Assembly (NCBI GenBank): GCA_965218795.1
Contig: OZ244653.1
Location: 4,768,001 to 4,832,000, forward strand
Origin: a bacterium
Lineage (GTDB): Bacteria > UBA8248 > JACPRG01 > G963555815
DNA: 64,000 nt
Direction of reading: 5' to 3'
In this document: positions 40,298-49,875 of the stretch, piece after piece
How positions within the stretch are numbered: the stretch's first letter is position 1
Layout: each line of letters opens with the position of its first letter
Notes under the pieces: model-generated
Databases searched by the model: none
Told to the model about the DNA's origin: nothing
Seen by the model: only the letters and a program-made list of their open reading frames with translations
Position numbers and translations under genes: made by a program

Positions 40298-41584
40298 TCA
40301 CCCTCCGAGACCGGACGACGCCTTAAGACCGATATCGCTCCTGTAATAGACTCCCTCCCATTGGATCTGTTTGACGGCTTCGTATGCAAGACGGACCGCC
40401 GCGTTGAGGTCTTTCCCGATCGCGGTCACCCCCAGCACGCGGCCTCCGTCGGTCAGTATCCGGTCTCCACGGCGCACGGTTCCTGCGTGAAACACCTGGA
40501 CTCCAGTCAATCCCGACACGTCTTCGAGGCCTGTGATGGTTTTTCCTTTTTCATATTCGCCGGGGTACCCGCCCGAAGCCATCACGACGCAAACCGCCGC
40601 GTCTTTGAGAAGCCGAACGGTTTGTCCGCCCTTCATCCTTCCTTCCGCGACCTCCAGGAGCCAGGGTACGATGTCCTCGTCCAATCGCATGAGAATGGGT
40701 TGGGTTTCCGGGTCACCGAAGCGCGCGTTGAATTCGAGCGCTTTTTCTCCCCGGTCCGTCAGAATCAATCCCCCATACAGCATGCCGCAGTAGGGAGTCC
40801 CATCGGCGCGCAGCGCATCCGCGGCCGGTTGGTGGCAATGCTCAAGAATGGATTGAATCAGCTGGTCACTCGCCAGGGGGACCGGAGAATAGGCGCCCAT
40901 ACCACCCGTATTCTCTCCCGTGTCCCCATCACCGATCGGTTTGTGGTCTTGCGCGCTGGCGAGATAAGCGACCTCGGGACCGTTGCAAAACGCAAAGACG
41001 GATAATTCGGGTCCCGCTAATTTCTCTTCGATGACGACGGTCCGTCCCGCCTCCCCCAACACCCTCTCCTCCATGAACCTTCGAACGGCCTGCTCGGCTT
41101 GGCGGCGAGAGTCGCAGACGATGACTCCCTTGCCCGCGGCCAGACCATCGGCTTTGACCACGACGGGCCCCTTTGGAAGGGTGCTGACGAACGCGAGGGC
41201 TGCGGATGCATCCTGAAAGGTCCGATGGGACGCGGTGGGCACGTTCGCCCTTTGGAAAAGGTCTTTGGCAAAAGCTTTGGATCCTTCTATAAGGGCGGCG
41301 GAACGCCGTGGCCCGAAGATTGTTTTCCCCTCGGATTCAAACCGATCGACAATCCCCGCCATGAGCGGCGCTTCCGGGCCGACAATGGTCAGGGCGATCC
41401 TTTCCCTCTTGGCGAAATTCAGTAGCGATTCCACATCATCGATCGGGATAGGGACGTTCGTCCCTTCCATCGCGGTCCCCGCATTGCCGGGAGCGATGAA
41501 AATTTCGTCAACGAGAGGACTCTGACGAGCCTTCCACGCCAGGGCATGCTCCCGTCCACCGCTTCCCGCGATGAGAATTTTCAT
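40298..41584 (-). CDS. purD: Phosphoribosylamine-glycine ligase
   Basis: GSGGREHAL, KADGLAAGKGV, NTGGMGAYSP and EFNARFGDPE. Confidence 0.97.
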   Translation of the reverse strand: MKILIAGSGGREHALAWKARQSPLVDEIFIAPGNAGTAMEGTNVPIPIDDVESLLNFAKRERIALTIVGPEAPLMAGIVDRFESEGKTIFGPRRSAALIEGSKAFAKDLFQRANVPTASHRTFQDASAALAFVSTLPKGPVVVKADGLAAGKGVIVCDSRRQAEQAVRRFMEERVLGEAGRTVVIEEKLAGPELSVFAFCNGPEVAYLASAQDHKPIGDGDTGENTGGMGAYSPVPLASDQLIQSILEHCHQPAADALRADGTPYCGMLYGGLILTDRGEKALEFNARFGDPETQPILMRLDEDIVPWLLEVAEGRMKGGQTVRLLKDAAVCVVMASGGYPGEYEKGKTITGLEDVSGLTGVQVFHAGTVRRGDRILTDGGRVLGVTAIGKDLNAAVRLAYEAVKQIQWEGVYYRSDIGLKASSGLGG

Positions 41585-42378
41585 GGTCGCTCCGGATCCT
41601 TCCTTCCATCGGACGGGGAGTTGATTTCCCCCACGGGCCCTGACCCCTCGCCCATTTCTCCGAAGATGTATTCCAGGATGGCAAGGACCGCGATAGGGGC
41701 GGTCTCTGATCGCAGGATCCGGGGACCCATATGGGTGGGGAGAAATCCCGCCGCTTCAGCGGAACGAACCTCACTCTCCGTAAATCCGCCCTCCGGCCCG
41801 ATGAGCACGGCCACCGATTCCTTGGATGAAGCCTTTGAGAGGGTTTCGCGAAGTCCCATCGGGGATTTCTCATGAAACACGATTTTCAGTTCCGCGTTCT
41901 TGGTCTCCCTCAGGAAATCATCGAGTGAAATGGGAGGCCCTACTTCCATCGGCCGGATGCGGCCGCATTGTTTCCTCGCGGCCTCGGCCACCCGTTGCCA
42001 CCTTTGGTGCCTGTCCGCTGCGCGGTCGGCGTCCAGCCGAGGCACGCTCCGGTCTGCAAGAATCGGAGATACCGCCCCCGCCCCCAGCTCAACGGCCTTC
42101 TCCACGATCCAGTCCAGTTTCCACCCCTTCGGGACCGCCTGCCCCAACCAAACGAAGAGGCGATCCCGCCGGGTCACTTGCCGGGTTCGGATCTTTCCTG
42201 CGGCGCCCCTGCGCGTCAACTCTGTCAACTCGACTTCATACTCGGTGATATCGCCGTCTGAAACGCGGATCACATCCCCCTTCTTCTGGCGCATGGCCCG
42301 CATATGCCTGGCTTCCTCGGCGGAGAAGCGGAGACGATTCGTGCGGACATTCTCCGGGTTGACTCGATAGACAGACAT
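41581..42378 (-). CDS. rsmE: 16S rRNA m3U1498 methyltransferase
   Basis: EKAVELG, IGPEGGF and GPRILRSETA. Confidence 0.93.
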   Translation of the reverse strand: MSVYRVNPENVRTNRLRFSAEEARHMRAMRQKKGDVIRVSDGDITEYEVELTELTRRGAAGKIRTRQVTRRDRLFVWLGQAVPKGWKLDWIVEKAVELGAGAVSPILADRSVPRLDADRAADRHQRWQRVAEAARKQCGRIRPMEVGPPISLDDFLRETKNAELKIVFHEKSPMGLRETLSKASSKESVAVLIGPEGGFTESEVRSAEAAGFLPTHMGPRILRSETAPIAVLAILEYIFGEMGEGSGPVGEINSPSDGRKDPERP

Positions 42379-42464
42379 GGGCTCAACAGACCGAATTCAG
42401 GGTCATTCCCTTCCAACGACAGGGTTGGATGGAAAAGGTCTGGGGTCCGTTCAAGAGTTGGCGC

Positions 42465-43403
42465 TCAGGATTTCTTCATTGTCAGACATGCCCATTCCTT
42501 TTCACTCGATGTGCCGATCAAGTCAACACCCTCCGCCCTCAGAGCAGCCACCAACCTTGGAGTTTGATGGGTCAGGATTCCGGACAGTATCGCAATTCCA
42601 GCGACTTTGAGACGTCGAACAAGGATTGGAGTCATTGTCAGCAGGGGATCCAGGAAAAGATTCGCAAAAATCAGATCAAACCGGCCCTGCGTCCTTTCGA
42701 TCGATCCCTCCCGAGCGGTCATCCGGGACGCTACGCGGTTCCTGCGGGCGTTCTCTCGGGCTGCGTGTATGGATCCGGGCTCCAAATCGACCGAAGAAAC
42801 TCGGCAGGCACGGAACGACAATGCCGCCGCGATGCCAAGGATTCCCGAGCCGCAACCGATATCGAGAACGCGTTTGGGGGTGAGTCGCCCCTTTTTCTTG
42901 TGCCTGAAGATGTCGCCGAGGGTCAGCAAACAAAGGCGTGTCGTGGGGTGTTCCCCGGTTCCAAAGGCCATGGCGGGCGTCAGGAGGATCCGGATCCATC
43001 CCTCGTCCTCTCCATCCGCCGGTCGATCCCTTTCGCTTGCCTCCGGGTGAAACCCCGGCAGGATTTGGTACGGGCCAACTTTTCTCGGAACACATCGCTC
43101 CTGGAAGTCTCGTACCCAGTCGATTGCAGGCAGGGGGCGCGATTCAACCTTCTCACCGGAGAGCCCCAAGTGCATGAGGGAGTCGGTATAGGTACCCAGT
43201 TCCTCGAGATTTCTTTTCAGGTGAATGTCGTTGTGAAGATAACCCTCGACTCGCGCTTCCCCCTCACCGGAAATAACCACCCCGGGCGAGCCCAGCTCCA
43301 TCAGACGTGAAGCAACCGCTTCAATATAGACCGGATCACCCTTGGATTCGACGACGATCCACTTTGAATCTTCGGGGAGGAGGAAGGACGAATTTTCGAT
43401 CAC
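42465..43403 (-). CDS. prmA: Ribosomal protein L11 methyltransferase
   Basis: PAMAFGTGEHPTT, VLDIGCGSGILGI, ANL and LSGIL; GTG start with GGAGG RBS. Confidence 0.9.
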   Translation of the reverse strand: MIENSSFLLPEDSKWIVVESKGDPVYIEAVASRLMELGSPGVVISGEGEARVEGYLHNDIHLKRNLEELGTYTDSLMHLGLSGEKVESRPLPAIDWVRDFQERCVPRKVGPYQILPGFHPEASERDRPADGEDEGWIRILLTPAMAFGTGEHPTTRLCLLTLGDIFRHKKKGRLTPKRVLDIGCGSGILGIAAALSFRACRVSSVDLEPGSIHAARENARRNRVASRMTAREGSIERTQGRFDLIFANLFLDPLLTMTPILVRRLKVAGIAILSGILTHQTPRLVAALRAEGVDLIGTSSEKEWACLTMKKS

Positions 43404-43453
43404 CGATCCTCCGCCAAGGCCGTCTCGGACCCGATGGTAACCGAGAGTTTCGT

Positions 43454-44620
43454 TTAGATCGGCTTTTCGTGAAATCGAGGAAGCCACTGGTGCAGGAGAT
43501 AGGAAACCCCCGCCAAACGACGCCAACCTCGCCTTTTTGATTTTCCGGAAGACCCGTCTCCGCCGATCTCTTGCAATCGATTGAACTCTTCCAGGAGTTT
43601 GCGTTGCTTTTGGCTCATTCTCGTGGGCGTTTCAACGTGGATATGTACGATGACATCTCCCTTGGCCCCTCCGCCCGGTCGGGGCAATCCTTTTCCCTGA
43701 AGAGAAAAGGCCTTGCCCGACTGAGTACCAGCGGGGATCTTGATTCGGACGGGATCGTTCAGCGTCGGCACATCGACTTCCGCGCCCAATGCGGCGTCCG
43801 TTATCGTGATCGGGATCGAAATGTGCAGGTTCCGGCCCTCCCGCCGGAACACATCATGGGGCTGGATGCCGAGGGAGATGAGCAGATCGCCGGCGGCACC
43901 GCCGAGGGTCCCCGCATCGCCTTCCCGACTTACCTTCAAGGTGAACCCTTCCTCCGCCCCCGGCGGAATCCGGACATTCAAAGTTCGCTCTTTGCGGATT
44001 CCCCCGTTCCCCCCACATGCTCCGCAAACATCAAACAGAATTTGACCCGTCCCGCCACAGGACTTGCATGCGGATTGGGTCGCCCTCAGTCCGCGCTGTT
44101 TTTGCAGATAGCCCAATCCGCTGCATACCACACACGGTTGGGTTCGCGCATCAGGGGCGGCCCCTCTTCCCCGGCAGTCTTCACAGGTCTCGAGACGATC
44201 GGTTCGGATCGGGACGGTGGCTCCCGCTGCGGCTTGCTCAAGGGTGATGGTCATGTGATGCTTCAGGTCGCGTCCCCGTTCTGCTTTCACCGGGGTGCCC
44301 TGAGGTTTGCCCCGCACCAGATCGCCAAAAATCTCTTCGAAGAGGCTCGTGAAGGCTTCGCCGCCCTTGTCGGACGAAGCGCCGGCATTCTGCGTCCCCG
44401 TGCGCCAGAGGCCCCACTGATCGAATGTCGCGCGTTTTTTGGGGTCCCGAAGAATCCCGAAGGCGAGGTTGATTTCTCTGAATCGCTCGGCGGAGTGATG
44501 GTCCCCAGGATTCAGGTCGGGGTGGAATTCCTTGGCCAAACGGCGGTAGGCCTGCTTGATCTCTTCCTCGTCCGCCGTTGGATGGACGCCCAGAATCTGG
44601 TAGGGATTGGATCGGGTCAT
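43454..44620 (-). CDS. dnaJ: Chaperone DnaJ
   Basis: J domain with HPD, four CxxCxGxG repeats and the C-terminal substrate-binding domain. Confidence 0.92.
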   Translation of the reverse strand: MTRSNPYQILGVHPTADEEEIKQAYRRLAKEFHPDLNPGDHHSAERFREINLAFGILRDPKKRATFDQWGLWRTGTQNAGASSDKGGEAFTSLFEEIFGDLVRGKPQGTPVKAERGRDLKHHMTITLEQAAAGATVPIRTDRLETCEDCRGRGAAPDARTQPCVVCSGLGYLQKQRGLRATQSACKSCGGTGQILFDVCGACGGNGGIRKERTLNVRIPPGAEEGFTLKVSREGDAGTLGGAAGDLLISLGIQPHDVFRREGRNLHISIPITITDAALGAEVDVPTLNDPVRIKIPAGTQSGKAFSLQGKGLPRPGGGAKGDVIVHIHVETPTRMSQKQRKLLEEFNRLQEIGGDGSSGKSKRRGWRRLAGVSYLLHQWLPRFHEKPI

Positions 44621-44645
44621 CAGACTCGTCCCGGCGACACCCGCC

Positions 44646-45260
44646 TCAAGTGTCTTCCTTTTTGGTGATGGCTCTGGCCACCACCACCCGGCTTGGCCGG
44701 ATCACTTTGTCGCCTATGGAATAACCTTTCTGCACTTCCTCGATGACAGTATCCCCGGGGTGGTCCTCGGTTTCCACCGCCATCACAGCTTCATGGCGCT
44801 CAGGATCGAAGGGCTCCCCCTGCGCCTCAACGACGCTCAGGCCGTGATTCTCCAACTTTTCGCGGATCGACTTGAGGACTAGTTCAATTCCTTCTTTGAA
44901 GGCCGCCAGTGTTCCCGCGTTTTCTCCATCGGTGGGGATAGAGTCCGAGGCACGCTCAAGATCATCGATGGCGGGTAACAAATCCTTGATCACGTGCTCA
45001 CTCGCCCGCTCTCGAATCTGACTTTGCTCCCGTGCGGAACGCTTTCGAAAATTCTCAAACTCCGCGAGGAGGCGCAAGTGTTGCTCCCGAGCCTCCTCCA
45101 ACTCACGACGCAAATCGTCGATGGAGGACGTTTCTTGACCCTCGGCGCTTTCCGCTTCAGAGGGCTCCGGGCGCTCGTCGTCCAGAGAATCTCCCTCTTG
45201 TCCGGTTCGGTTCGCCTCTGCAGGATTCTTTTCTTCTACGTTGTTTCCGTCGGTGTTCAC
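44646..45260 (-). CDS. grpE: Nucleotide exchange factor GrpE
   Basis: RLLAEFENFRKR, FDPERHEAV and GY..GDKVIRPSRVVV. Confidence 0.95.
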   Translation of the reverse strand: MNTDGNNVEEKNPAEANRTGQEGDSLDDERPEPSEAESAEGQETSSIDDLRRELEEAREQHLRLLAEFENFRKRSAREQSQIRERASEHVIKDLLPAIDDLERASDSIPTDGENAGTLAAFKEGIELVLKSIREKLENHGLSVVEAQGEPFDPERHEAVMAVETEDHPGDTVIEEVQKGYSIGDKVIRPSRVVVARAITKKEDT

Positions 45261-45443
45261 GTTTGTCCCGTTGACCTTTGAGGGCGTAGTCGAGTCAAAG
45301 CGCCCAGGATTCCGTTTCTTTTCAGCCGGTATGCAGGTCGTCGGCTGGGGGATGTCCGTCGGGTGGCCCTTGAATCGTAATGCCCCGCTGCAATTGACAC
45401 GTTGAGGCGGAATAGAGGAACGGCGGAATTCACGTATTGGATG

Positions 45444-46508
45444 TTACAGATTGGGATCCGATGCAATCCGCTGGCTGAGCTTGGCCGCCATCATATCAAC
45501 CAGGGCCATGATCTGCGGATAGCGCATCCTTTTCGGACCGATGATGCCAACCGTCCCGAGACCCTGAGAACCGTCTCCGTATCTCTTGGCGATGATGGCG
45601 AAATCCTTCATTTCTTCAACCTCTGTCTCGGCTCCGATGCTGACGGAGACACCGTCGTCGCGGGCGCACTTGTCCAGGATTGAAATGATCTTGCTCTTCT
45701 CCTGGAAAGCGACAAACAAAGCCCGCATCTTCTCGAAGTCCGCCTGAAACTCCGGCTCGTCGAGGATATGATTGGTTCCGGAGGAAATAAACTCATCCTC
45801 TTCCACAGCCGTTTCCAGGAAGGCCTTCTCACACATCTTCAGGGATTCACTGTACAAGATGTCAAAATCGCGCTTGTGCTCGAACACCTGCTGCTCAATC
45901 CGGGACCGGACTTCCTCAAGGGTCATCCCTTCAAACTCATCGTTCAGAAATCGCCCTACCTTGTCCAGAAAATCCTGGGACAGATCCTCTTCCAAATCGA
46001 TGAGCCGGTTCCTGATGATTCCGTTCTGCGCGACAAGAGTAATCTGTGAAACGCTCGGTTGGAGTCTGACAATCCGGATTTGACTGAATACCGTTTTTGA
46101 AAGACCGGGCAACAGGACCACGCTGGCGTGGTGGGTCAGAGAAGACAACAGCTTTGATGTCTGTTCCAGCAGAGACTCCAACCCGACCGCCGGCACCATG
46201 TCATAGTCGATGTGGATGCGCTCTACTTCCATCTCCGTCAGAGGCGGCAAGTCCGTTAGCTGATCGACGTAGAAACGGTACGCCCTATCCGTGGGCACCC
46301 TTCCCGAGGAGGTATGGGGCTGATGGAGGTATCCCCGATCGGTCAGTTCGGAAAGTTCGTTGCGGATCGATGCGGGGCTTAGGTTTCGGACGTACTTGTG
46401 GGCCAAAGTCTTGGACCCAACGGGTTCGTTGGATTCAACAAAACTCGTCAATATCCCGAGCAAAATTTCCTGCTGTCGGGATGTCAGGATTGCCGGACGA
46501 GAGAACAT
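45444..46508 (-). CDS. hrcA: Heat-inducible transcription repressor HrcA
   Basis: EPVGSKTL, SPASIRNE, QPHTSSGRVPTD..YRFYVD and IIGPKRMRY. Confidence 0.96.
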   Translation of the reverse strand: MFSRPAILTSRQQEILLGILTSFVESNEPVGSKTLAHKYVRNLSPASIRNELSELTDRGYLHQPHTSSGRVPTDRAYRFYVDQLTDLPPLTEMEVERIHIDYDMVPAVGLESLLEQTSKLLSSLTHHASVVLLPGLSKTVFSQIRIVRLQPSVSQITLVAQNGIIRNRLIDLEEDLSQDFLDKVGRFLNDEFEGMTLEEVRSRIEQQVFEHKRDFDILYSESLKMCEKAFLETAVEEDEFISSGTNHILDEPEFQADFEKMRALFVAFQEKSKIISILDKCARDDGVSVSIGAETEVEEMKDFAIIAKRYGDGSQGLGTVGIIGPKRMRYPQIMALVDMMAAKLSQRIASDPNL

Positions 46509-46575
46509 GGCGGACCTTCACCCCAAAAATCATCTCGCTCAAGGCGCCTAACAGCCTGGTTGGCATTACAATCGA

Positions 46576-46604
46576 AAATTAGCAATCCGGTCGAATCTTG
46601 TCAA
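46576..46604 (-). promoter_or_regulatory. Sigma-70 promoter of the hrcA operon
   Basis: TTGACA-N17-TAATTT with an extended TGn. Confidence 0.6.
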
Positions 46605-46701
46605 CCAAAAGACCTGCGCTTGACACTTTTCGGCGGGCTTGAGAGACTCCCTTATTGAAATTATCCCTTATTTTTCTGATTGTTTCAGGGATTATGATGA
46701 A

Positions 46702-47499
46702 ATGGAGCCAAGGTCCTCCGCCGCTTTGGGTCGCAATGTTCACGATTCAAGTCCGAAGAATCGTGAAATCCTGATGACCATCTACCATCGCCTCCTTCGG
46801 CATTTCGGCCCAAGGGGATGGTGGCCGGGAGAGACTCCGTTCGAAGTCTGTATCGGTGCGATTCTGGTCCAGAATACTTCTTGGACAAACGCCTCCCTGG
46901 CGATACGAAATTTGAAAAAGAACAGGCTTCTTTCTCCCGAAAAACTCCATGAAGTCTCCCGGGCCCGCCTTGCGCGGCTCATCCGCCCTGCGCGGTTTTT
47001 CAATCTCAAATCTGAGAGGTTGAAGTCTTTTGTGAAATTCCTTTGGAACAAGCACGGGGGCGACCTGAACCGGCTCTTTGAGTTGCCCGACGATGAGTTA
47101 CGGGAGACCCTCGTTCAATTGAAGGGTATCGGGCCTGAAACGGCTGATTCCATCAGTCTCTATGCGGCTGAACGATCTGTTTTTGTGGTGGATGCCTATA
47201 CCCGCCGGATCTTCGGGCGATTGGGCTTGTATAAGGGGTCGGCGATGAGTCGAGGCGGTTACCAATCCCTGCAGGATTTTTTCCATCGCCGGCTTCCCTC
47301 TAACGCCGGGTTGTTCAACGAATACCACGCATTGCTGGTGGAATTGGGCAAAGAGTTCTGCCGCCCGAAGCCCATCTGCCTGCCCTGTCCTTTGCGCACG
47401 ATGTGTCCGTACTCCGGTGAAAAGGGAGAGTGCCCCACTCCCCCCCGAGCTCCACTAGCGAGCAACGCCACGGCGATAGAAGAAAAGGAGAGGGATTGA
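46702..47499 (+). CDS. Endonuclease III-related HhH-GPD glycosylase
   Basis: WWPGETPFEV..GAILVQNT, KGIGPETAD, VDAYTRR and a C-terminal 4-Cys Fe-S motif. Confidence 0.9.
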   Translation: MEPRSSAALGRNVHDSSPKNREILMTIYHRLLRHFGPRGWWPGETPFEVCIGAILVQNTSWTNASLAIRNLKKNRLLSPEKLHEVSRARLARLIRPARFFNLKSERLKSFVKFLWNKHGGDLNRLFELPDDELRETLVQLKGIGPETADSISLYAAERSVFVVDAYTRRIFGRLGLYKGSAMSRGGYQSLQDFFHRRLPSNAGLFNEYHALLVELGKEFCRPKPICLPCPLRTMCPYSGEKGECPTPPRAPLASNATAIEEKERD

Positions 47500-48041
47500 C
47501 GATTTTTCCCAAAGCCTTCCGATTTGTGGCTGATCTGACCGTGGGCAAGACTGCAAAATGGCTCAGAATTCTCGGCTTCGACACCTTGTTGGTTCGCCAT
47601 CCTGATGAGAAATTTTTGAGCGACTGCCTGGCAGACGGACGCATATTTGTCACACGCGATTCCAAAGCGGCCTGCCGCCGGGGAATGACCAATACCCTCC
47701 TTTTGGATGCAGATTCGCCCATTTCTCAATTGGCGGATATTCTGAACCGGTTGGGGCTGCAGGAGCATGTACTCGCTGCGGTTCGGACGACCTTGGGTAA
47801 AGGTTCGACCCGGCCTCGGTCAAGTCCTGCCTCCATCAAACTCTTGTCCAGGTGTATCCGGTGCAATGAACCCCTGGTTGTCGTATCTCGGTCCGAGATT
47901 GTAGATGAAGTGCCGGACTTTACGTGGTCGACGCAAAGCAGGTTTCGGCGGTGTCCTGAATGCCTCCGCGTCTACTGGGAGGGTACGCATAAAGAGCAAA
48001 TCCTCGGAAAAATCAGAAAGATTTGTAACGAAGCGGCATGA
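47496..48041 (+). CDS. Mut7-C RNase (PIN-like + Zn ribbon) domain protein
   Basis: FVADLTVGKTAKWLRILGFDT, TRD, SRCIRCN and CPECLRVYWEGTH. Confidence 0.85.
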   Translation: MTIFPKAFRFVADLTVGKTAKWLRILGFDTLLVRHPDEKFLSDCLADGRIFVTRDSKAACRRGMTNTLLLDADSPISQLADILNRLGLQEHVLAAVRTTLGKGSTRPRSSPASIKLLSRCIRCNEPLVVVSRSEIVDEVPDFTWSTQSRFRRCPECLRVYWEGTHKEQILGKIRKICNEAA

Positions 48042-48097
48042 TGGGTCTGAATGAAGGGGCTCTGCTCGAATTCAATCAAGCAGGAAATGGGGAATTC

Positions 48098-48256
48098 TCA
48101 AGCGCATGAGAAGGCTTCTTTCCTCACAGGTTGGATAAACTTCTTGACCGTGTCGATGGGTCGGCTGCCCATGTTGCGCCAGCCCTGATGAGGGCACTCG
48201 TTGTTGTAGAACTTGAGCAGGTACTCGTCCAGGTCCCTCCCAGCCTTCTCCATGCT
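48098..48256 (-). pseudogene. IS481-family transposase C-terminal remnant
   Basis: Manual translation DLDEYLLKFYNNECPHQGWRNMGSRPIDT resembles the YNxERPHQGxRNMGxxP motif. Confidence 0.7.
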
Positions 48257-48311
48257 GCCTGGATTCCTGCCTCAACTTGCCCTCGAATGCTTCAGTCGAG
48301 AACCTGCCGAA

Positions 48312-48429
48312 TGGATTCCTGCATGCGCAGGAATGACAAACGACTCAGACAGCGCGGAACTCTCACACCCCCGTCGAACTCCTCCTGTCCAACCCTTTTG
48401 CTCGTCATTCCCGCGTAGGCGGGAATCCA
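48312..48429. repeat. Inverted pair of 26-bp palindromic REP/dRS3-like repeats
   Basis: TGGATTCCTGCATGCGCAGGAATGAC (48312-48337) and GTCATTCCCGCGTAGGCGGGAATCCA (48404-48429). Confidence 0.8.
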
Positions 48430-48674
48430 CTCAAGTGCATGAGAAGCTGGTCCCCACATTTCGAGGCTGATGGGATTGTTCACCTGGTTTCCGGTCGATT
48501 GAGGAAGAAACTGCACCAAGTTATTGAAGATTTCACAACAGGTTCACTCCAAGGAGCCAAAGTATCGATCCCGGGCGCTGGGGTGAGCGCCCATCTTCTG
48601 GTTTGATATCAATGAACCGATTGAATTCCAGTCAGTTATGGAAGGGAGAATTTTCAGAATTTTTTTGAACTTTT

Positions 48675-48690
48675 TGGTACATGAATTGCT
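48675..48690 (+). promoter_or_regulatory. Sigma-54 (-24/-12) promoter
   Basis: TGGTAC-ATGAA-TTGCT (GG-N10-GC) within an AT-rich tract, ~55 nt before the ORF at 48746. Confidence 0.7.
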
Positions 48691-48745
48691 CTAACTTCAT
48701 AGGGAAGCAATCATAAACTCATATCGGTTCTGTGGAGGGAGAGCG

Positions 48746-48967
48746 ATGATTACGACGGAAGAGAAAGTCGGATCAGTCACCATCACGGTCGCGGAAGCCG
48801 CCGAGGCATTTCGGGAAGAAGCCCTGAGTCTCGCGGATTCTGACAAAGAAGCCGACATCCTCGCCACGGCCGCCCTTTTGAATTATCTATCCAAAGAAAA
48901 CCCTGCTCTGTTCGATCCGCCTCTGAATCAGGTCGGAAAAGCGGCGATCGTTTCAAGTCTTTCCTAA
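48746..48967 (+). CDS. Small acidic hypothetical protein (73 aa)
   Basis: Strong GGAGGGAG RBS, upstream sigma-54 motif and helical composition. Confidence 0.7.
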   Translation: MITTEEKVGSVTITVAEAAEAFREEALSLADSDKEADILATAALLNYLSKENPALFDPPLNQVGKAAIVSSLS

Positions 48968-49194
48968 TCAAATCGTTCCAATGAGCGGGGAATTTCTCCC
49001 TCCCTCCCGTATATCTTTCGATTGACTCTTGACGACCTCGGCACCTCCCTGATGGCTCCCTTCATTCGCTCGAGTCATCCTTCGCTGGTATGCCTCGCAG
49101 CCCTCTGCTACACTGTTTTTTGAGGGATATGAGTCGGATACGAAACTTCTCAAGAATGCGTTTTTCGTGGTTTCCGATGAAGCGGTTCAGACCA

Positions 49195-49875
49195 ATGGCC
49201 GGAACATTGATTACGTTTGAGGGCATTGAAGGTGCCGGGAAGAGTACCCAGATTGAGCTTTTGGCAACACGTCTGAAGGAGCGCGGAACTTCCGTCCTTT
49301 GTACGCGCGAGCCGGGGGGGACTCAGTTGGGGGAGGAGATACGGGATTTGGTGCTCAATCCGACCCATGAGGAAATTTCCCCGATTGTTGAATTATTCCT
49401 GATGGAAGCCGCCCGGGGTCAGCACGTCACGACAAGGATCATTCCCGCGCTCAAGAAGGGCCGGGTTGTCCTCTGTGATCGCTTTGCCGATTCCACGTTG
49501 GTCTACCAGGGGGACGGACGAGGCCTGGATTGGAAGATAATCGAAGAGATGAACCAGGTGGCGGCTCAGGGTCTTCAACCGGATCTGACGATATTACTCG
49601 ATCTGGATGTCGCGACGAGTCTGGAGAGAACCGCACAACGGTCTGGTCGTGGGCCGTCTTCGGGTCATCCCTCGCAGGCACATGGGGGGGCGTCTCGTTT
49701 TGATCTGGAGGAAGTCGATTTCCATGAGCGCGTCCGGGCGGGATTTCTCAAGATCGCGAAAAACGATCCGGATCGGGTCCGTGTTGTTTCATCCGCCGGC
49801 ACACCCAAGGAAGTGCATGAGCGGATTTGGCGCGCGTTGGAAAAAACGCTTGAGTCGGTCGTGATATGCGGCTAG
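49195..49875 (+). CDS. tmk: Thymidylate kinase
   Basis: ITFEGIEGAGKSTQ, TREPGGT and CDRF.DST..YQG. Confidence 0.95.
   Translation: MAGTLITFEGIEGAGKSTQIELLATRLKERGTSVLCTREPGGTQLGEEIRDLVLNPTHEEISPIVELFLMEAARGQHVTTRIIPALKKGRVVLCDRFADSTLVYQGDGRGLDWKIIEEMNQVAAQGLQPDLTILLDLDVATSLERTAQRSGRGPSSGHPSQAHGGASRFDLEEVDFHERVRAGFLKIAKNDPDRVRVVSSAGTPKEVHERIWRALEKTLESVVICG

Noticed and set aside
46560-46604. Full CIRCE upstream of hrcA
   Set aside because: Only half-site-like 9-mers in the same orientation; no inverted partner at N9 spacing.
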